Source: Scytonematopsis contorta HA4267-MV1 (lineage in GTDB: Bacteria; Cyanobacteriota; Cyanobacteriia; Cyanobacteriales; Nostocaceae). Taken from it: 64,000 bases of DNA. The DNA is taken from NCBI GenBank assembly GCA_019359035.1, contig JAHHIC010000051.1, positions 94,146 to 158,145 of the forward strand, written 5' to 3'. The notes under the pieces are model-generated. The model was given only the letters and a program-made list of their open reading frames with translations. It was not told the DNA's origin and did no database searches. Both the position numbers and the translations under genes were made by a program. Of this stretch, positions 30,318-39,499 are shown one piece after another; the first letter of the stretch is position 1, and each line of letters opens with the position of its first letter.

Positions 30318-30390
30318 AAAAGCTGCCAAATTGGCATTACAGAAGCTAAAAGCTACCGCTAATCTAGTATTGTTGTATCGAAACAGTTGA
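30318..30390. repeat. Copy 2 of the ~75-bp direct repeat
   Basis: Matches 16915-16990. Confidence 0.85.
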
Positions 30391-30463
30391 GTTGGGATTG
30401 ATAAGTTAATTATTAGTCCTTAAAATAAGAGGATAGAAAAATAGTATTGGTAACTGGTATTTT

Positions 30464-30730
30464 ATGAATATCTCCTTGAATCCGGAATTAGAGCAATTTA
30501 TCCAAAGTCAAGTTGCAAATGGTAACTACAATTCAACTGAAGAGGTTATTATTGCGGGTATTAAATTGCTAGAGGAAAGGGAAAGTATTTATAAGGGTCG
30601 GTTTGAAGAACTGCGACAAGAAATCATGGTAGGGGTAAAACAGCTTGAACGTGGAGAACGGCTTGACGGTAAAGAAGTAATTGAAAAACTACGTCAAAAA
30701 AATCAAGCAACGAGAAAGGCTGAGGCGTAA
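30464..30730 (+). CDS. parD: ParD-family type II antitoxin
   Basis: The N-terminal MNISLNPELEQFIQSQVANGNYNSTEEVIIAGIKLLEERE is ParD/RHH-like. Confidence 0.8.
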   Translation: MNISLNPELEQFIQSQVANGNYNSTEEVIIAGIKLLEERESIYKGRFEELRQEIMVGVKQLERGERLDGKEVIEKLRQKNQATRKAEA

Positions 30731-30737
30731 TATATTA

Positions 30738-31031
30738 ATGAGCATCTACTTTGTATCGCCTGAAGCAGCTCAAGACTTGCAAGAAATTAATGATTACCTG
30801 TTCGCGAAAAACCCAGATATCGCCAACAAGTTTTTGGATACTATGATTCAAAAGTTTGAGATATTAGCAAATTTTCCTAATATGGGACGTAGACGTGATG
30901 AACTTTCAACAGCTCTGCGTAGCTTTCCAGTGGATGATTATCTAATTTTTTATCAGCAATTTGAAGAAGGAATTGAAATTGTCCGTGTAGTTAGTGGTTA
31001 TCGCGATTTGAATGCGCTTTTTGATGAATAG
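30738..31031 (+). CDS. parE: ParE/RelE-family type II toxin. The start is moved to the ATG after the parD stop.
   Basis: MSIYFVSPEAAQDLQEINDYL...EIVRVVSGYRDL is ParE-like. It abuts parD. Confidence 0.8.
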   Translation: MSIYFVSPEAAQDLQEINDYLFAKNPDIANKFLDTMIQKFEILANFPNMGRRRDELSTALRSFPVDDYLIFYQQFEEGIEIVRVVSGYRDLNALFDE

Positions 31032-31207
31032 CAATAAAACTATGTAGAGAAGTTACATGTAACGCCTCCACTAATACAGCACTTTGTAGTTAAATGAGAA
31101 ACAGTGCTTAATTTTATAACTCTTGTGGGGTGGGCATCCCGAACCGCCCGATTGTACTTGAGTCACTTGGAATCTGCTGTATTTTATTACGGTGATAAAC
31201 CATGCGG

Positions 31208-32794
31208 TTATTTCGAGTTATTAATACTAATTAAATCGCTCAAAATACTGTCCAAGCTGCCATTGACTTGAATTTTATCAATTTTTTCGGCAATTCGTTC
31301 CAACACTTCGAGTTCTTTCAACCGCAATGCAATAGGATTATCTTCCATGACTTTAGCGGTGTTGAGCATACTACGAGTTGCAGCAGTTTCTTCACGACGT
31401 CTAACTACGTTAGCTTGAGCAGCTTTTTCCGCTTCGACTACTTTACTCAAGATAGTTTTTATCTCACCTGGTAAGATAATATCTTTAACTCCCACAGAAG
31501 CTACTTCAATTCCATAGTCTGCTGTTTTAGAACGAATGTAGTCAGAAATACTCGTGTCAACAGCACCTTTATCTTCAAGTAACGCATCAAGAGTCTTTTC
31601 ACCAACAGCCCCACGTAATGCAAACTGTAATTCTTTGTACAAGAAGCTACTTGCATCTGACAAAGTATTTTTTGCTCGTAGTGGTTCGACGATACGATAA
31701 CCTGCTGTCAAGTTTAATCGCAAAGGCACCTTATCTTTGGAAAGGATATCTTGACCAGATACTTCCATTGTTTGTTGACGCAAGTCAAAAACTTCCGTTT
31801 GAAAAGACCGTCCAAATATCCACCAAGCGTGAATTCCTGGTCGCAGTTCAGATTGGTACTCTTGGTTAATATATAGTAGACCGATATGCTGTGCTTTAAC
31901 TTCACAAAGATGCAAACTCTTGCAAGCAAGATAAGTTACTTCTGGTAAACCAGAGTTTAATTCAGCTACTAAGCGAGGTGGTAACTTAGCATCGGTGCTG
32001 ATATCTATAACTTCCACTTCTACACCTTGCCAAAATAGCTTGCGACTAGATGGCGCTAATATAGAAATGGCTTTACCTTCATATCGCACAATAGCTACTT
32101 GAGTATTCAGTAATTGCACGACTACACAATAAGCAGCAATAAAGTCGGGATGTCTTTGAATTAATACATCTTCGAGTGGAAAATCTGGATTTGGTATGAT
32201 TCGGTTAAGAGTACGAACAGTTACCTCTCTATCAAAAGTCCAAAATGCATATTCACCTGGTTCCAAAGGTCGAACAAAGTTATTTTGCACATACAGTAAA
32301 CCAACCTCAGACTCGGAAATTCGGAATTTTTTAATTCCATTTAAAGTAAGACTGCACGTTTGTAGACGAAACTCAGATGGCAACTCTAAGCTTTCTTCCA
32401 AGTTAAAGATATGCGCTTCCACTTCAATAAAACCACGCCAAAATGCACGTAGTTGATTTGGTGCAACGCTTACCCAGTTTTGACCATAATGTACCAAAGC
32501 TGCTTGATTAAATGCAGTTCTAACGATTACTAAGTAATCTACCAACTCCGAACTGTGGTTTCGCAGCAATAATTCTAAGTTTTCAATCTTTGCTTCTGGC
32601 ACGTTAAGGTCATAGGTTTTAACTTGCCAGTGTCTACCAAAGTAAGTATAAGTACCGGGTTGCAATATTTTCTTAAAATCGCTTCGATGATACAAAATTC
32701 CAAATTCGTTAGGTTTGATATAAAAGGTTTTCCACATAATAATATTGATAGATAATTCGGGCATTTTTACCCAGTCCAGATTAAATAAAGCCAT
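31208..32794 (-). CDS. SPFH/band-7 (slipin-like) domain protein with a large N-terminal extension
   Basis: The C-terminal region VASVGVKDIILPGEIKTILSKVVEAEKAAQANVVRRREETAA is characteristic of stomatin/prohibitin-type SPFH domains. Confidence 0.65.
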   Translation of the reverse strand: MALFNLDWVKMPELSINIIMWKTFYIKPNEFGILYHRSDFKKILQPGTYTYFGRHWQVKTYDLNVPEAKIENLELLLRNHSSELVDYLVIVRTAFNQAALVHYGQNWVSVAPNQLRAFWRGFIEVEAHIFNLEESLELPSEFRLQTCSLTLNGIKKFRISESEVGLLYVQNNFVRPLEPGEYAFWTFDREVTVRTLNRIIPNPDFPLEDVLIQRHPDFIAAYCVVVQLLNTQVAIVRYEGKAISILAPSSRKLFWQGVEVEVIDISTDAKLPPRLVAELNSGLPEVTYLACKSLHLCEVKAQHIGLLYINQEYQSELRPGIHAWWIFGRSFQTEVFDLRQQTMEVSGQDILSKDKVPLRLNLTAGYRIVEPLRAKNTLSDASSFLYKELQFALRGAVGEKTLDALLEDKGAVDTSISDYIRSKTADYGIEVASVGVKDIILPGEIKTILSKVVEAEKAAQANVVRRREETAATRSMLNTAKVMEDNPIALRLKELEVLERIAEKIDKIQVNGSLDSILSDLISINNSK

Positions 32795-33217
32795 AATTTA
32801 TAGTTTTGTAGTATACATACTACACGAGAAATATTATAAACTCTGCAAGTGCAAGCGTCTACAATTAAGATGCGGACGGATAGATATTTTTCGACTGGAT
32901 TAAGATTGCTGTAACTAAACTACCTTTCGGTTCGTCAAAGCAACAGCGCTCAAATATGCCGTTCAGTTTGTTGACTCTAAAATTCTATAAAGAATCTTGA
33001 TGTGACAAACGAAGGACATACTCAAGTCAGAAAAAATCTAAACGCACAGGCTCCTTCGCTGTTGTATTAACGCTCATCATTTCTGACAAACGAAAACACG
33101 CACCAGCACCACAGAGTTTTGAGTTTTTAAGGTAACGGAATTGAACCGTTTCAGGATTTCTCCTTCACCATTTTTCTGCTACTTCCCACAAGTAGTGTCT
33201 TTTGACCCGGACAGGGT

Positions 33218-33291
33218 TGGTAAAAGTATAGGAATCGAACCTATTACCAATCGGTTAACTGCCGACCGCTCTTCCAGTGAGCTAACTTTTT
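33218..33291 (-). tRNA. tRNA-Asn(GUU)-like gene. It has an unusual all-A/U acceptor stem and may be a pseudogene.
   Basis: Reverse-complement read: acceptor AAAAAGT, D-arm GCTC-ACTGGAA-GAGC, anticodon arm GTCGG-CAGTTAA-CCGAT with anticodon GTT, T-arm ATAGG-TTCGATT-CCTAT, then ACTTTTA-CCA. The 1:72 pair is A/A. Confidence 0.5.
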
Positions 33292-33292
33292 T

Positions 33293-33365
33293 TGGTGTAT
33301 GATGAAGGACTCGAACCTTCGTCCAGCCGATTTTTCGGATGCTCTGCCAACTGAGCTAATCACAC
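33293..33365 (-). ncRNA. Anticodon-less tRNA-like element with alanine-type acceptor features (G3:U70, A73, encoded CCA)
   Basis: Reverse-complement read: acceptor GTGTGAT/ATCATAC including a G3:U70 wobble; D-arm GCTC-AGTTGGCA-GAGC; T-arm GAAGG-TTCGAGT-CCTTC; then A-CCA. The anticodon arm is replaced by a 15-nt segment with a short CCGA-AAAA-TCGG hairpin. Confidence 0.45.
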
Positions 33366-33559
33366 GATGGGACAGTTTCACTGCGCTGTTCGGCATACGC
33401 ACAATTTAATCATCTTGGCGCACCAGTTGGGTATACTGAACCCAAACTATAGATTCGCTTGTGTATTACTGTCTTACTACATAACGTAACACACGATATG
33501 TAAAGCGTCAACCTTCCTAATATATTGTTTATTTTCCAGGGAATAATAAGTTCAAGAAA

Positions 33560-34640
33560 GGGCGTAATTGTATACACCCTCGTTGGTAAGCTAATTGGGT
33601 AAAGTACTAAACAGCAGCATTTTTCCTCACAGTTTCCACGTCTAATTCCAAGGACTCGGCAATTTGCTCAATGCTTAACCCTAACTTAAGTAGCTTGGGA
33701 ATGGTTTTCAACTTGATACCAAGCGCACCTTCTTCTCGTCCTTCTTCTCGTCCTTCTTCTCGTCCTTCTTCCTTACCTTGCAAGTAAACCTTGCTTTTTC
33801 TCAGCGACTCTAATTCAAGCATAACTTCTAACTCCTCCATGCTCAGGTTTGGAAATTTGTCCATCACTACCGTTTGAATAAATTCTAAGACTTTTTCTTG
33901 CAAAACGGCGTTGCTTACTTCCGATTTTGTTTGCTTTATCAACTGTCGAGCAAATTCTCCTGTTTGATTTTTTCTCTTTTTCTCGACAACTAAGCGCATG
34001 ATTCCTACTCCAAGGGATTGATTGGGAGTCTTTCCTAGTTCGTCTAAATAAAACCGACGTAAAGCTGGTAAGAATATCTTTAAATATGGGGGAAATCTTC
34101 CTTCGCTGCTGCGTTTATCATAAATGACAATAGCGTACCATTCCTCGTTGGTTGGGTCATATTGGGTCAAATAAAGTATTATCTTGCCAAAAAAGCTTTT
34201 GTAGAAGTTTTTATCTTTGTAAGCCTGTGCTTCAATGAAATAAATTGGGTCAAAGCTATATCCAGGACGAGTTGAAAGCAAACCATCTAGACGAAAACCT
34301 TGTTGCTTTACTTCCGGAGCGCTGTATTGATAAGCGCTCTTGCTATGATGTGGTTTATCTATGAGTTCAAAGAATAATTCTGGTATGTCTTTGAAAATTT
34401 TATAAAAAAGTGGGTCGGCTGTCATTCGCTTTTTGCTTACTTTTACAGTAATGCGGTAGATATCATCAGTACGATATCACTAGTAATTTTTATTTTTTCT
34501 TGATGATATATAAATATTTACAGTAACAATATTAGTCAATATCTCAGTGATAAATAAAACAGATAATCTTGTATTTATCAGTACTATTTAAAATTCAACG
34601 ATAGTAAGAACTAAGAACCTAACCTCTAAAACTAATCAAT
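33560..34640 (-). mobile_element. Rpn-family element copy 1 of ~1.1 kb (gene plus conserved flanks)
   Basis: Nucleotide similarity to the 39500-40620 copy extends about 40 bp past the stop and about 200 bp upstream of the start. Confidence 0.6.
33607..34425 (-). CDS. Rpn/YhgA-like PD-(D/E)XK putative transposase (copy 1) with a C-terminal (EGRE)n repeat
   Basis: The N-terminal MTADPLFYKIFKDIPELFFELI matches the conserved start of this family. There are four 12-nt repeats encoding EEGR. It is about 90% identical to the 39550-40404 paralog. Confidence 0.65.
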   Translation of the reverse strand: MTADPLFYKIFKDIPELFFELIDKPHHSKSAYQYSAPEVKQQGFRLDGLLSTRPGYSFDPIYFIEAQAYKDKNFYKSFFGKIILYLTQYDPTNEEWYAIVIYDKRSSEGRFPPYLKIFLPALRRFYLDELGKTPNQSLGVGIMRLVVEKKRKNQTGEFARQLIKQTKSEVSNAVLQEKVLEFIQTVVMDKFPNLSMEELEVMLELESLRKSKVYLQGKEEGREEGREEGREEGALGIKLKTIPKLLKLGLSIEQIAESLELDVETVRKNAAV

Positions 34641-34913
34641 ACTGCTCGGTTAAGCAAATCACGAAGAGTGAAACACCTGTAGAAGCATTACATGTAACGT
34701 CTCTACATACTAAAACCATTGAAAACGGGTTAGGATGATTATTATAGTTAGCTTTAGCGTTGCTTCAGCTTTTAGTTAGAGCTAAAGTTCAGGGCTTTTC
34801 TTCGCTCTAATTTTATTATCTAGAAAAAAAAGTTAATAAATTCAGGAAACTACAATACTAAACATGTATTAACTATCAAACATAAATATATATATTTACA
34901 ACTATTTACTACC

Positions 34914-35630
34914 ATGAAAAAAATTTTAATATTATTAGCCAACCCTCAAAACACAGATAAACTACGGTTAGACCAAGAAGTACGAGGAATTCAAGATTCC
35001 CTACAACGGTCTAAAAATAGAGAACAGTTTGAAATAGTTACAGAATGGGCAGTACAAGTTGATGACCTGCGTCGTGCTTTATTGACTTACCAACCGACTA
35101 TTGTTCACTTCTCTGGACATGGGTCACAGGGTCAAGGTTTAGTCTTGGAAAATAACTTGGGACAAATGCAGGTAATAAGCACAGAATCTCTAGCCCGCTT
35201 ATTTAAATTATTTCAAAATCATGTTGAGTGCGTTTTACTTAATGCTTGCTATAGTGAAGACCAAGCCGAAGCAATTCATCAACATATTGATTATGTAATA
35301 GGAATGAATCGAGCGATAGGAGATAAAGCCGCAATTGAATTTGCTGTAGGATTTTATGATGCGCTGGGTGCGGGTAGAACATATGAGGATTGTTTTGAAG
35401 TAGGCTGTGCATCTGTTGATTTAAAAGGAATTCCGGAGTCACAAACCCCAGCAATCAAAGCTAGAAAGCGTTCTTCCTCTGAAACTAGGACAAATAAAGA
35501 AAACACAACACCAGTAGAACCAGTAAATAGTGAACCAGTAAATAGTGGTTCAATCACACAGACAGCCGGTGATAATGCAATTCTGTTTGGAAACATTACA
35601 CAGGCAGGTAATTTGAATATTCAAAAATAG
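34914..35630 (+). CDS. stand-alone CHAT/caspase-like domain protein
   Basis: A His/Cys dyad lies in conserved contexts: TIVHFSGHGSQGQG and ECVLLNACYSEDQAEAI. The N-terminal LILLANPQNTDKLRLDQEVRGIQDSLQRS is typical of cyanobacterial CHAT-like N-domains. Confidence 0.75.
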   Translation: MKKILILLANPQNTDKLRLDQEVRGIQDSLQRSKNREQFEIVTEWAVQVDDLRRALLTYQPTIVHFSGHGSQGQGLVLENNLGQMQVISTESLARLFKLFQNHVECVLLNACYSEDQAEAIHQHIDYVIGMNRAIGDKAAIEFAVGFYDALGAGRTYEDCFEVGCASVDLKGIPESQTPAIKARKRSSSETRTNKENTTPVEPVNSEPVNSGSITQTAGDNAILFGNITQAGNLNIQK

Positions 35631-35639
35631 GAGCAAGCT

Positions 35640-38291
35640 ATGACCAGCACAATTTCTCAATCAGCTGGCAATAATGCGATTTTGTTCGGAAGCATTGGAC
35701 AAGTAGGAACTATTAATATTCTCAAGCTTGATTCTGAGCTAGGCAATAAGGTAATGCTTTCGACCTCTCTGGAAAGCCAGCAATTTCCCAAACCTCGTCC
35801 CCTTCCCGTTCTCTTACCTCCTCGTCCATTTCCTTTATTACTGGGTCGTCGTGAAGAAGTCAAAGTAGCCGTTGATGCTTTACCATACGACCAATCAGTA
35901 GAGTTCTATGGTTCTCCAGGTATGGGTAAGTCAGTCATTCTAAGATATCTGGCTCATCATCCATCGATTACTCCCGCTTTTAATGATGGTATTATTTACC
36001 ATCAGTGTGTCAAACATCAATCGATATCTGATTTACTACAAATTCTTTTTAACGCTTTCCATGATTGTGGAACTTCCTTTAAGCTTACAGATATTCAAAT
36101 TCGTGAAGCTCTCAAAAATAAAAAAGCTTTGGTTTTGTTAAATAATGTAAAGCTAACAAGAGAAGAAGTACAAATTTTAATCAATGTCTTACCCAGCTTT
36201 ACTTTTCTTTTTGCTTCCCAAGAGCGTCAACTTTGGGGTGAGGGACATCCCATCAAGTTGGGAGGGTTGCCTTTAAATGATGCTGTGTCTTTGCTTACCA
36301 GAGACATAGGACATCCTTTGAACGTAGAAGAACACTCTGCTGCTGAAGCACTGTGTAAAGCTTTGGATGGTCATCCCCTGCAAATTCTTCAGGCTTCTGC
36401 ATTGGTAAAAGAGGAAAATATTTCTTTAGTTGTTTTTGCTCAACAAATTAATACGACCGCTTCCAGTAGCTCTGGGAATGAGCGCTTGTTAAAGTCATTA
36501 ACAAAAGCTCAGCGGATGATTTTGGTTTTACTTGCTGCTTTTGGGGCAAATATTGCTTTAGGAGCGGAATTAATTGGTGATTTGACTGAAATCCCTCAGA
36601 TTAAACCAATTTTAGAGACATTATTACGACGCAATTTAGTACAGGTAGATGAAGAACGTTTTAATATTGCAAGTTCCCTAGTTGAGGAGTTATGTCAGAA
36701 AGAAAACATCACAGCCTTTATGGAAAAGTCTGTGAGCTACTTTACAAATTGGGTACAAAAAAATCAGGGTATTTCAGGAAATTTAACTTCACAATCGGAA
36801 GCGATATCAGAAGCAATAATTAAAGTATTAGAATGGTCATTTGAGCTTAGTAGATTTTCTGATGTCATAACTTTAGGAAAGTCTATAGAGAAAGGATTAG
36901 CTCTGAGTGGAGAATGGGATAGATGGAATAAAGTGTTGCAATGGGTACTTGAAGCAGCACGTGCAACTGGAAATCAAGCGATTGAAGCTTTTGCTTTGCA
37001 TCAATTGGGTACTCGTTCTCTTTGTTTAAATGAGGTGATTGAAGCTCAGAGTTATTTAAACCAAGCTCTCCATATTAGACAGCTATTAAATGACCAATCA
37101 GGGATAGAAGTAACTAGTCATAATCTCCAGTTTCTTTTAAATCCACCTTTACTGCCGCTATTGGAGCCTGAATCTGAGTCGGTAAGTCATGTAGACGAAA
37201 ATGTTGCAGACAACAAAAACCACCCACTATTGATGAAACTGGGTGTTGCTGCTCTATTGTTAGGGTTAGGGGGAATATTATTACCCGTATTTCTAAAACC
37301 TGCGACTCTTCCCCCAATTGAAACTACTCCCTCAAATGAAACACCTACCCCAATTGAAACTACTCCCTCAAATGAAACACCTACCCCAATTGAAACTACT
37401 CCCTCAAATGAAACACCTAAACCAATTGAAACTACTCCCTCAAATGAAACACCTACCCCAATTGAAACTACTCCCTCAAATGAAACACCTACCCCAATTG
37501 AAACTACTCCCTCAAATGAAACACCTAAACCAGTTGAAACTACTCCCTCAAATGAAACACCTACCCCAACTGTAGAGTCCAAGCTTATCTCTTTAGTTCT
37601 GGAACCCAACGAAAATGTAAGTAAGGGTACAAGAATACGAGGAAAAGTCACTATTGATAACCCTGCTCCTGCTGATGGCATTACAATTAAACTTACAAGT
37701 AGCAATAAATCTATTGCTCGCGTACAAGAAAAAGTAAGAATTCTAGCAGGGGAAGTTGAAGCAAACTTTGGTTTTGTAATTCCTAAAGAAAGCAGCGATA
37801 ACCCTAATGATGAATCTGTAGAAATTTCAGCTTCATATCAAGAAAAAGTTAAAACAGCAACAATAACCCTACTTCCACAAAAGACGGAAGAAGCAGAACT
37901 AATTTCTTTATCGCTAGATAAAAAGCTTGTAGGTTGGGGTGAAAAATTAGTGTTAACAGTGACTCTCAGCAATCCTGCACCAAATGATGGTATCGTCATT
38001 AATTTAGAAAGCGATAAACCATATCTTGCTCCCGTAGAAGCGAGCGTGAAAATTTCAGCTGGTGAAAAGCAAGCAACCTCAGAGTTCTCAACACCAAAAG
38101 ATGGTGATAATTTTCCAGACGGAGCCAACATAAAAATTACAGCATCTTATAGAGAAGTATCCAAAGTTGAATCATTCCAGATAATACCTTACCGCAGGAC
38201 AGGTACTTCAGTTTTAAAACCAAACGCGACCCGAAGATTCATAACCCCTTATCGGCTGGACTTACAGAAAAAACCTCCCAAACTTAATTAA
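35640..38291 (+). CDS. Membrane-anchored STAND (NB-ARC-like) NTPase. Domains in order: NTPase, winged helix, TM helix, eight 12-aa Thr/Pro-rich repeats, then two Ig-like beta-sandwich domains.
   Basis: An AGGAG RBS precedes the ATG. The P-loop reads FYGSPGMGKSVIL, Walker B reads KALVLLNNV, and a GLPL-type motif appears as KLGGLPLNDAV. The TM segment is LMKLGVAALLLGLGGILLPVFL. The (PIETTPSNETPT)x8 block is encoded by perfect 36-bp DNA repeats at 37313-37566. Two homologous ~100-aa modules follow: ...NPAPADGITIKLTSSNK... and ...NPAPNDGIVINLESDKP... Confidence 0.8.
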   Translation: MTSTISQSAGNNAILFGSIGQVGTINILKLDSELGNKVMLSTSLESQQFPKPRPLPVLLPPRPFPLLLGRREEVKVAVDALPYDQSVEFYGSPGMGKSVILRYLAHHPSITPAFNDGIIYHQCVKHQSISDLLQILFNAFHDCGTSFKLTDIQIREALKNKKALVLLNNVKLTREEVQILINVLPSFTFLFASQERQLWGEGHPIKLGGLPLNDAVSLLTRDIGHPLNVEEHSAAEALCKALDGHPLQILQASALVKEENISLVVFAQQINTTASSSSGNERLLKSLTKAQRMILVLLAAFGANIALGAELIGDLTEIPQIKPILETLLRRNLVQVDEERFNIASSLVEELCQKENITAFMEKSVSYFTNWVQKNQGISGNLTSQSEAISEAIIKVLEWSFELSRFSDVITLGKSIEKGLALSGEWDRWNKVLQWVLEAARATGNQAIEAFALHQLGTRSLCLNEVIEAQSYLNQALHIRQLLNDQSGIEVTSHNLQFLLNPPLLPLLEPESESVSHVDENVADNKNHPLLMKLGVAALLLGLGGILLPVFLKPATLPPIETTPSNETPTPIETTPSNETPTPIETTPSNETPKPIETTPSNETPTPIETTPSNETPTPIETTPSNETPKPVETTPSNETPTPTVESKLISLVLEPNENVSKGTRIRGKVTIDNPAPADGITIKLTSSNKSIARVQEKVRILAGEVEANFGFVIPKESSDNPNDESVEISASYQEKVKTATITLLPQKTEEAELISLSLDKKLVGWGEKLVLTVTLSNPAPNDGIVINLESDKPYLAPVEASVKISAGEKQATSEFSTPKDGDNFPDGANIKITASYREVSKVESFQIIPYRRTGTSVLKPNATRRFITPYRLDLQKKPPKLN
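37313..37566 (+). repeat. 7x36-bp near-perfect in-frame tandem repeat inside the STAND gene
   Basis: The unit CCCAATTGAAACTACTCCCTCAAATGAAACACCTAC is repeated with only a few substitutions (C/A, A/G). Confidence 0.9.
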
Positions 38292-38354
38292 GCTTTGTCA
38301 GCTTTTGAACGCCCTTATAATCTATAAAAATAATAAAATCATTATTATGGGTAA

Positions 38355-39377
38355 TTAACCGGACATGATATAAGGCGCCAAAGCTAAATTTTTCGTGCTA
38401 TCACTAAGTAGAACGCTGTCACACAGGTTAAGCAGTTCAAGTTCCGTAGAGGTTTGTCGCATCTGCCGCAGAAAATGACCTTCAGCGTCAACCAAAAGGG
38501 CTATATAATTAAGGAACATTTTCAGGTAGCCTACACGCGACCGTGCTGGCATAGTTGCTGAGTTAGGGGTTTGCCATAAACGGTCAATATATTTTCGTAC
38601 CTCAACTAAAGGAACAGGTGTGATTGTCTCAGACCGCAAAGCCTGCCGAATTTGATTAAAAATCCAAGGATTTGCTATTGCCCAGCGTCCCACCATCACA
38701 CCAGCCGCACCTGTTTGCGAAAGCACTTCTATTGCTGTTGTGGCAGAGTTGATATTACCATTAGCAAGCACTGGGCAATCGACCCATCTAACTGCTTCGG
38801 CAATCAAATCATATTTCACTGCTCCGTGATACATATCTTTTACCGTGCGACCGTGCAAACTCAGCAAATCAATATTGTGACGATTAATAATATCTAAAAT
38901 TTTGTAAAAGTTATCTGTATTTTCAAAACCTACGCGCATCTTAACGGTCAAAGGTCTATCATTCACCGCAGAACGCAGTTCTCCCAAAATCCTATCAACT
39001 TTTTCGGGTTCTCGCAGTAATCCACCCCCAACATTTTTGCGATAAACTCTAGGTGCTGGACAGCCCATGTTAAAGTCAACCCCAGCTATATTATACTGAC
39101 AGAGTTCCTGTGCTGTTCTTACTAAGTCTGGAATGCTTTCGCCAATCATTTGAGCAAAAACGGGTTGGCCTGTGTCGTTTTCGGTGATTGACGCCAAAAT
39201 GCTACGATTGAGTCGTGAGGTATCATTCACGCGGAAATATTCGGTGAAAAAATAGTCAGGACAGCCGTATTGGGCAATCACCTTCATAAACCAGAGGTTT
39301 GTTACGTCCTGCATAGGAGCAAGAGCAGTCAGGGGTAGGTCTGGATTTCGGGATTGGGGGAGCAATACATGGGACAT
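38355..39377 (-). CDS. dus: tRNA-dihydrouridine synthase (Dus family)
   Basis: LAPMQDVTN and the NMGCP active-site Cys motif are present. The TIM-barrel FMN-binding segments are apparent. Confidence 0.85.
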   Translation of the reverse strand: MSHVLLPQSRNPDLPLTALAPMQDVTNLWFMKVIAQYGCPDYFFTEYFRVNDTSRLNRSILASITENDTGQPVFAQMIGESIPDLVRTAQELCQYNIAGVDFNMGCPAPRVYRKNVGGGLLREPEKVDRILGELRSAVNDRPLTVKMRVGFENTDNFYKILDIINRHNIDLLSLHGRTVKDMYHGAVKYDLIAEAVRWVDCPVLANGNINSATTAIEVLSQTGAAGVMVGRWAIANPWIFNQIRQALRSETITPVPLVEVRKYIDRLWQTPNSATMPARSRVGYLKMFLNYIALLVDAEGHFLRQMRQTSTELELLNLCDSVLLSDSTKNLALAPYIMSG

Positions 39378-39499
39378 AAAGATTCAAACGGTCAATAAAG
39401 CATTACTGTATCAAAAAAAATTAAAGAATAAATCGTCAGTTTACCAACAAAAAACATTAGTCTAAATTTTACTTGATGTCTTATCACAGTTATGTAAAA

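Noticed and set aside
37187-37705. Minus-strand 172-aa ORF and plus-strand 85-aa ORF inside the 36-bp tandem repeat
   Set aside because: These are alternative-frame and antisense readings of the perfect DNA repeat inside the STAND gene.
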